Shown here: piece after piece, positions 58,550 through 64,000 of the stretch
Layout: every line of letters begins with the position of its first letter
Numbering within the stretch: the stretch's first letter is position 1
Source of the DNA: Crocinitomicaceae bacterium
GTDB lineage: Bacteria > Bacteroidota > Bacteroidia > Flavobacteriales_D > Crocinitomicaceae
Assembly (NCBI GenBank): GCA_044372485.1
Contig: JBILRU010000001.1
Location: forward strand, 9,709 to 73,708
Direction of reading: 5' to 3'
DNA length: 64,000 bases
Made by a program: the position numbers and the translations under genes
The notes under the pieces: generated by a model
Database searches by the model: none
Told to the model about the DNA's origin: nothing
The model's input: only the letters and a program-made list of their open reading frames with translations

Positions 58550-58591
58550 TTCTTACGTATATTTGTCGTGCTACAAAAGTAACAATAAAGG

Positions 58592-59872
58592 ATGGAAATG
58601 GTTTTTAACAACAGCTTGGATTTTGCCCGAAAAATGGATCAACAAGATCCATTACGTCGTTTTCGCAATGAATTTTTATTTCCCACTTTTCACAGTGAGA
58701 ATCCCATATATTTCACAGGGAACTCCCTAGGTCTGCAACCAAAGAAAGCAGCGGTTTATCTACAAGAAGAATTAGCTGATTGGGCAAAATACGGCGTGGA
58801 AGGACACTTTTTATCGAGACGACCTTGGTTTTCGTACCATGAACAGTTAACGGACATGGCGGCAAAAGTTGTTGGGGCTTTGCCAATTGAAGTTGTGGTT
58901 ACTCATTCCTTGACTACGAATTTGCATTTGCTCATGGCAAGCTTTTACCGTCCAGAGGGCAAACGAACAAAAATACTATGTGAGGCAAAAGCTTTTCCAA
59001 GTGACCAATATGCCTTGGAGTCTCAACTAAAGATGCATGGACTCGGGACGGATCATCTCGTTGAAATTTTCCCAAGAGATGGAGAACAATTGATTCATGA
59101 GGATGACATTTGCGCTAAAATTCTTGAGCTTGGCGATGAATTGGCAGTAGTAATGATTGGTGGAGTTAATTATTACACCGGACAGTATTTTGATCTAGCC
59201 CGAATTACAGATACTGGACACCAAGTTGGCGCATATGTTGGATTTGATTTAGCACATGCAGCCGGAAATATCAATCTTCAGCTGCATGACTGGAATGTTG
59301 ATTTTGCCGCTTGGTGTGGATATAAATACCTAAATTCTTCTCCAGGGGGAGTGTCTGGAATGTTCGTCCACGAAAAACATGCTCACAACAAAGAACTTCC
59401 TCGTTTTGCGGGCTGGTGGGGACACAACAAAGAAGAACGTTTTTTAATGAAACCGGGATTCGACCCCCTTCCAGGAGCTGAGGGCTGGCAATTGAGTAAT
59501 GCTCCTGTATTGGGAATGGCGGTTCATCTAGCGTCCTTGGAGTTGTTTGAAGCAGCGGGAATGGATCAAATTGGCACGAAAAGAAATCAGATGACCGCGT
59601 TCTTAGAATTCGTCATTAAAGAAATATCGGAACGTAATTCAGAAAAATGCACCTTTGAAATCATCACCCCAAGTGAAATTCACAGAAGGGGCGCACAATT
59701 ATCGATCATGGCGCTAGGCCAGGGACGCAAGCTATTCGATGCGTTATCAGAACTCGGAGTCATTGCAGATTGGCGCGAACCCAATGTTATTCGGATTGCA
59801 CCTGCGCCGTTATACAATTCATTTGAGGATTGCTATTGGTTTGGCGTGCATTTAGAGAATGCTATTCAATAG
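58592..59872 (+). CDS. kynU: Kynureninase
   Basis: 426 aa. Contains IYFTGNSLGLQP and a PLP-lysine region CGYKYLNSSPGG. Confidence 0.88.
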   Translation: MEMVFNNSLDFARKMDQQDPLRRFRNEFLFPTFHSENPIYFTGNSLGLQPKKAAVYLQEELADWAKYGVEGHFLSRRPWFSYHEQLTDMAAKVVGALPIEVVVTHSLTTNLHLLMASFYRPEGKRTKILCEAKAFPSDQYALESQLKMHGLGTDHLVEIFPRDGEQLIHEDDICAKILELGDELAVVMIGGVNYYTGQYFDLARITDTGHQVGAYVGFDLAHAAGNINLQLHDWNVDFAAWCGYKYLNSSPGGVSGMFVHEKHAHNKELPRFAGWWGHNKEERFLMKPGFDPLPGAEGWQLSNAPVLGMAVHLASLELFEAAGMDQIGTKRNQMTAFLEFVIKEISERNSEKCTFEIITPSEIHRRGAQLSIMALGQGRKLFDALSELGVIADWREPNVIRIAPAPLYNSFEDCYWFGVHLENAIQ

Positions 59873-60424
59873 AATTGATTCAATAACAGATGGAAAATGT
59901 GCTATTTCTAGACCCCGAATTTCCTCTTCAATTTCTGTAGCAGAATCAGGCTTCTTTAAAGCAACGGCAAACTGAGCTAACATCTTTCCTTTATCAAACT
60001 CTTCGTTGACTAAATGAATGGTTATTCCTGAAAAACGACTTGAACTTTTAGAGACTGCTTCATGTACGTGCCTTCCATACATTCCTTTTCCACCAAAGTT
60101 CGGAAGCAACGCGGGATGAATATTGATTATGCGACCTGGAAAAGCGTTAATAAAGTCAAGGGGAATCTTTTTTAAAAACCCGGCTAAAATCACCCAATCT
60201 ATTTCCTGCTCCAGACAGAACCTGAAGTAGTCATCACCGTCTATTCCCGAGGGTTGTGCAAATAAAATTGATCGTTCCGAACAAAAATCGTTCATTAGGT
60301 CATTTTTTGCAGAGGAAAGCACAAGTGAGACGCTAATTTCTGAGTGATTAGCGAAATAGTTGATGATATTTCGAGCATTACTTCCGTTTCCAGAAATAAA
60401 TAGTGCGATTCGTTTACGTTTCAT
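59852..60424 (-). CDS. purN: Phosphoribosylglycinamide formyltransferase
   Basis: IALFISGNGSNA, INIHPALLP and GITIHLVNEEFDKG motifs. The likely start is ATG 60424. Confidence 0.9.
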   Translation of the reverse strand: MKRKRIALFISGNGSNARNIINYFANHSEISVSLVLSSAKNDLMNDFCSERSILFAQPSGIDGDDYFRFCLEQEIDWVILAGFLKKIPLDFINAFPGRIINIHPALLPNFGGKGMYGRHVHEAVSKSSSRFSGITIHLVNEEFDKGKMLAQFAVALKKPDSATEIEEEIRGLEIAHFPSVIESILLNSIL

Positions 60425-60561
60425 TCTAAGCGCAAAGTTAAACATCTGTTGGGATTCACGTGTAATCAATACTTTTAAGTTGATAAATATTACCGATTTA
60501 GTTTTGTTAATTGGATGTTTGTTTTTTTCTTTGCAGGCTGAAACCTTTTAAATTAAGTAAT

Positions 60562-60798
60562 ATGTCTGAAATCAAAGCTAAAGTTATCGCGATCATCGTT
60601 GATAAACTGAATGTTGAAGAAAGTGAAGTAACTAACGAAGCGAGCTTCACAAATGACTTAGGTGCCGATTCATTGGATACCGTTGAGTTAATCATGGAAT
60701 TCGAGAAGCAATTCAATATTTCCATTCCAGACGATAAAGCTGAAGGCATCCAAACTGTTGGAGACGCTGTTGCTTACATCGAAAGTAATGTGAATTAA
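60562..60798 (+). CDS. acpP: Acyl carrier protein
   Basis: [16 protein letters not shown] phosphopantetheine site. The start is ATG 60562. Confidence 0.95.
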   Translation: MSEIKAKVIAIIVDKLNVEESEVTNEASFTNDLGADSLDTVELIMEFEKQFNISIPDDKAEGIQTVGDAVAYIESNVN

Positions 60799-60825
60799 TT
60801 TTTACTGAACCCAATTTAAATAGGC

Positions 60826-62079
60826 ATGCAATTAAAACGAGTAGTCGTAACTGGCCTTGGTGCACTAACACCAATCGGTAATAATTTGCAAGAATATTGG
60901 GATGGTTTGCTTGCTGGTAAAAGTGGTGCCGCACCCATTCAGCAATTTGATGCATCTTTATTCAAAACTCAGTTTGCCTGTGAGTTGAAAGGATTCAATG
61001 TAGAAGATCACATTGATAAAAAAGAATCCCGTAAACTCGATCAATTTTCGCAGTATGCCATAGTTACCGCTACGGAAGCTATGGCAGACTCTGGATTGAT
61101 GGAGTCTAATCCAAACTGTGATCGCATTGGTGTGATTTGGGGTTCGGGAGTCGGTGGACTTAAAACATTTCAAGAAGAAGCGCGCGAGTATTTCTCGGGC
61201 GATGGAACTCCTCGATTCAATCCGTTTTTCATTCCAAAAATGATTGCAGATATTGCATCGGGACACATTTCCATCAAATTTGGATTGCGCGGACCGAATT
61301 ACGTATGTGTATCGGCATGTGCTTCCGCAACAAATGCAATTATTGACGCCTTTAACTTAATTCGTTTAGGAAAAGCAGACGCCATCGTAACTGGTGGATC
61401 AGAAGCTGGAGTGAACGAAATGGGAATGGGTGGATTTAATGCGTTAAAAGCATTGTCTACTAGAAACGATTCTCCAGAAACAGCTTCTCGTCCGTTCGAT
61501 TTAGACCGAGATGGATTCGTATTAGGTGAAGGTTCTGGCGCACTTATTTTAGAAGAGTACGAACATGCCATCAAACGTGGTGCGAAAATTTACGCTGAAG
61601 TCATTGGTGGTGGAATGTCTGGTGATGCTTATCACATGACAGCTCCTCATCCGGAAGGAATTGGCGCTAGAAATACGATGTTAGCCGCTCTTGAGGATGC
61701 AGAAATTACTCCAGAACAAATTGATTACGTTAATGTACACGGGACATCTACACCTTTAGGAGATATCGCAGAAGTTAAGGCGATTCAAGCGGTTTTCGGA
61801 GAACACGCATACAAGATGAACATTAGTTCAACAAAGTCCATGACAGGCCACCTTTTAGGTGCTGCGGGAGCGATTGAGGCGGTTGCTTGCGTGATGTCTG
61901 TTGTGCATGACATCGTTCCTCCAACAATTAATCATTTTACGGATGATCCGGGACTGGATCCAAAATTGAATTTCACATTCAATACCCCACAAAAACGCAC
62001 TGTGAATATTGCCCTTTCCAACACGTTTGGTTTTGGTGGACATAACACGAGTGTCATCGTCAAAAAATTTAATTCTTAA
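60826..62079 (+). CDS. fabF: Beta-ketoacyl-ACP synthase II
   Basis: Active-site region ACASATNAI, plus HGTSTPLGD and GFGGHN. Confidence 0.95.
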   Translation: MQLKRVVVTGLGALTPIGNNLQEYWDGLLAGKSGAAPIQQFDASLFKTQFACELKGFNVEDHIDKKESRKLDQFSQYAIVTATEAMADSGLMESNPNCDRIGVIWGSGVGGLKTFQEEAREYFSGDGTPRFNPFFIPKMIADIASGHISIKFGLRGPNYVCVSACASATNAIIDAFNLIRLGKADAIVTGGSEAGVNEMGMGGFNALKALSTRNDSPETASRPFDLDRDGFVLGEGSGALILEEYEHAIKRGAKIYAEVIGGGMSGDAYHMTAPHPEGIGARNTMLAALEDAEITPEQIDYVNVHGTSTPLGDIAEVKAIQAVFGEHAYKMNISSTKSMTGHLLGAAGAIEAVACVMSVVHDIVPPTINHFTDDPGLDPKLNFTFNTPQKRTVNIALSNTFGFGGHNTSVIVKKFNS

Positions 62080-62095
62080 CGCTCTGAAACTTCCT

Positions 62096-62800
62096 TTGTT
62101 TTCAAACAAAAGAACAGAGGATGAGTTAAAAATCATTCGGTTCATACTCAAACAATTTGGGTACAAACCAGTGAATGTCTCTTTTTTCACACGTGCCTTA
62201 ACCCATAAATCATACCTTCCAGAAGAAAAATTAGATTTTGCTAACGAACGCTTGGAGTTCTTGGGAGATGCTATATTAGATGCTGTAGTGGCTGAATTTT
62301 TGTACACAAAGTATCCAGACGATGATGAAGGTTATTTAACCAAATTAAAGTCGCGAATTGTCAATAGAAAATCTCTTGCAGCTATTGGTGAAAAAATGGA
62401 AATTCGAACCATGCTTATTTACAATCAAGCGAGAAGTATTAATCTCGCAACGCTTGAAGGAAATGCATTTGAAGCCATCATTGGTGCCATATATTTAGAT
62501 GGTGGATTTGAAAAAACAAAGACTATTTTAATCAAACACGTCTTTCGTAATTATCTAAATTTTAGTCAACTACTAGCTGAAGAACTCGATTTCAAGTCAA
62601 AGTTATTTATTTGGTGTCAAAAGAAAAAATTGACGTTAGAGTTTGATTTAATGCATGAAACGCATGTAAATGGACAATGGAATTATGAGATGGCTGTTTT
62701 CGTAAATCGTACGGAATATGGACGTGGAAAAGGGTTTTCAAAAAAAGAGGCTGAGCAAGCAGCGGCAAGAGAAACCTTGCAATTAATGGGAGAAATTTAA
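62096..62800 (+). CDS. rnc: Ribonuclease III (start codon uncertain)
   Basis: ERLEFLGDAILD signature and a C-terminal dsRBD. The only in-frame ATG (62009) lies 71 nt inside fabF. TTG 62096, CTG 62084 or ATT 62072 would give a normal-length N-terminus. Confidence 0.85.
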   Translation: MFSNKRTEDELKIIRFILKQFGYKPVNVSFFTRALTHKSYLPEEKLDFANERLEFLGDAILDAVVAEFLYTKYPDDDEGYLTKLKSRIVNRKSLAAIGEKMEIRTMLIYNQARSINLATLEGNAFEAIIGAIYLDGGFEKTKTILIKHVFRNYLNFSQLLAEELDFKSKLFIWCQKKKLTLEFDLMHETHVNGQWNYEMAVFVNRTEYGRGKGFSKKEAEQAAARETLQLMGEI

Positions 62801-62858
62801 TCAGTTCCTAGCTTTGCTCTGATTTTTATTTTACTTTTGTTTCACAAAGTACAAGAAC

Positions 62859-63086
62859 ATGACAACTACAGAAATTATTTATGCAATTGGAGACCTATTA
62901 CAATGGTCATTTGGTTTCTTCGAATTCGTAGGAAATTATTTTAATACGATGTTAATCATCTTAGGATTCTTCGGTTTTGGTTATTGGATGAATGCACAAC
63001 GCAAAATGAGTGCAAAAGCAAATGTTCCTGTTGATGTGAAAGATAATGTTGGATGGTACAAAAAAGAAAACCAAAAATTGAAATAA
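62859..63086 (+). CDS. Hypothetical small membrane protein (75 aa)
   Basis: ORF with a hydrophobic core. TACTTTTG lies 20 nt upstream and a strong terminator lies downstream. Confidence 0.5.
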   Translation: MTTTEIIYAIGDLLQWSFGFFEFVGNYFNTMLIILGFFGFGYWMNAQRKMSAKANVPVDVKDNVGWYKKENQKLK

Positions 63087-63106
63087 GCTTTTCAACACAT
63101 ACTAAT

Positions 63107-63136
63107 TAAATGTCCGCTTTAGCGGACATTTTTTTT
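63107..63136 (+). terminator. Rho-independent terminator
   Basis: Stem AAATGTCCGC/GCGGACATTT with loop TTTA, then a T-run. Confidence 0.8.
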
Positions 63137-63151
63137 GCCTAAAAAGTTCGC

Positions 63152-63183
63152 TCAAAAAAAAACAGACTCCTTGGAGTCTGTTT
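63152..63183 (-). terminator. Rho-independent terminator after sdhB
   Basis: On the minus strand, stem CAGACTC/GAGTCTG followed by a 9-T run. Confidence 0.7.
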
Positions 63184-63204
63184 CATATCCTTTAAAAAAA
63201 GGTT

Positions 63205-63969
63205 CTATGATTTAGTCAAAGCACCCTTTAAAAACTCTCTATTCATTCGTGCAATGTTCTCAATGGAAATTCCTTTTGGACATTCAATTTCACAAGCACC
63301 GGTATTCGTACAATTCCCGAATCCCTCTTCGTCCATTTGACGCACCATATTCAAAACACGATCAGTTGCTTCTACTTTACCTTGAGGTAATAATGCATAT
63401 TGTGAAACTTTCGCTCCAACAAACAACATAGCGGAACCGTTTTTACATGAAGCGACACAAGCACCACATCCAATGCATGCTGCAGCCTGAAATGCTTTGT
63501 CTGCATCAGCCTTAGCGATTGGAATAGCATTGGCATCCATCGTGCGACCAGAAGTGTTTACAGAGACAAATCCACCTGCTTGTTGAATGCGATCAAAGGC
63601 ACTGCGATCAACCATCAAATCTTTGATGATTGGGAATGCACGAGATCTCCACGGTTCAACATAGATGGTATCTCCATCTTTAAACATACGCATGTGCAAT
63701 TGACACGTGGTGTTGCCGGAATCTGGACCGTGTGCACGACCATTTATGTAAAGAGAACACATTCCACAGATTCCCTCGCGGCAATCGTGATCAAATGCAA
63801 TTGGTGATTGTTTCTCATTAATCAATTGTTCATTCAATTGATCTAACATCTCTAAGAAAGAGCTATCAGTAGAAACAGTATTTAGTGCATATGTCTCTAA
63901 TGCCCCTTTGGCATTTGAATTTTTCTGTCTCCAGATTTTCAATGTGATATTAATGAACTTAGAAGCCAT
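63205..63969 (-). CDS. sdhB: Succinate dehydrogenase / fumarate reductase iron-sulfur subunit
   Basis: Cysteine clusters [20 protein letters not shown] and [12 protein letters not shown]. Confidence 0.93.
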   Translation of the reverse strand: MASKFINITLKIWRQKNSNAKGALETYALNTVSTDSSFLEMLDQLNEQLINEKQSPIAFDHDCREGICGMCSLYINGRAHGPDSGNTTCQLHMRMFKDGDTIYVEPWRSRAFPIIKDLMVDRSAFDRIQQAGGFVSVNTSGRTMDANAIPIAKADADKAFQAAACIGCGACVASCKNGSAMLFVGAKVSQYALLPQGKVEATDRVLNMVRQMDEEGFGNCTNTGACEIECPKGISIENIARMNREFLKGALTKS

Positions 63970-64000
63970 AACGTCTTTCTTAATTATTTGTAATTTCTAT

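Noticed and set aside
61855-62307. 150-aa minus-strand ORF spanning the fabF/rnc junction.
   Set aside because: It lies entirely antisense to two well-supported conserved genes and has no recognisable motifs.
63980-64000. Possible last 6 codons (IEITNN-stop) of an upstream sdhA gene at the window edge.
   Set aside because: This is far too short to support. It is suggested only by the usual sdhA-sdhB order.

Overview
This is a 64-kb chromosomal window from a Bacteroidota genome that looks Flavobacteriia-like and moderately AT-rich by eye. The phylum call rests on three things: TTTG-N18/19-TAnnTTTG promoters, a T9SS type-B (gliding-motility) C-terminal sorting domain, and the uppS-bamA-skp-skp-murI and stand-alone atpDC gene orders. 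I count about 60 protein genes packed tightly, many with ATGA or TAATG overlaps. Nearly all are core housekeeping: prs, rplY, pyrC, murI, bamA, uppS, atpDC, rbfA, mnmG, ybeY, rpiB, icd, fumC, polA, rseP, hemL, purN, acpP-fabF-rnc and sdhB. There is also a tRNA-Gly(GCC)/tRNA-Leu(UAA) pair. I saw no CRISPR array, integrase, transposase or phage genes. Five things deserve a second look. (1) A 342-bp single-gene GIY-YIG cassette is bracketed by 130-bp, 129/130-identical direct repeats. The repeats copy the whole alkB/tRNA-Leu spacer plus the last 12 nt of the tRNA. (2) A 568-bp very AT-rich gap holds five DnaA-box-like 9-mers about 4.3 kb from mnmG(gidA), making it a candidate oriC. (3) A translationally coupled operon runs from a giant coiled-coil membrane protein through an orphan RsbW-like kinase to YbeY, followed by mnmG. 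An 18-bp CACGTG-centred repeat straddles the ybeY/mnmG junction. (4) A carotenoid-tailoring cluster has no crtB or crtI in the window. (5) There are two plausible membrane micro-ORFs below the 60-aa track cutoff. All family names come from motif recall. No database search, GC-skew calculation or folding program was run.
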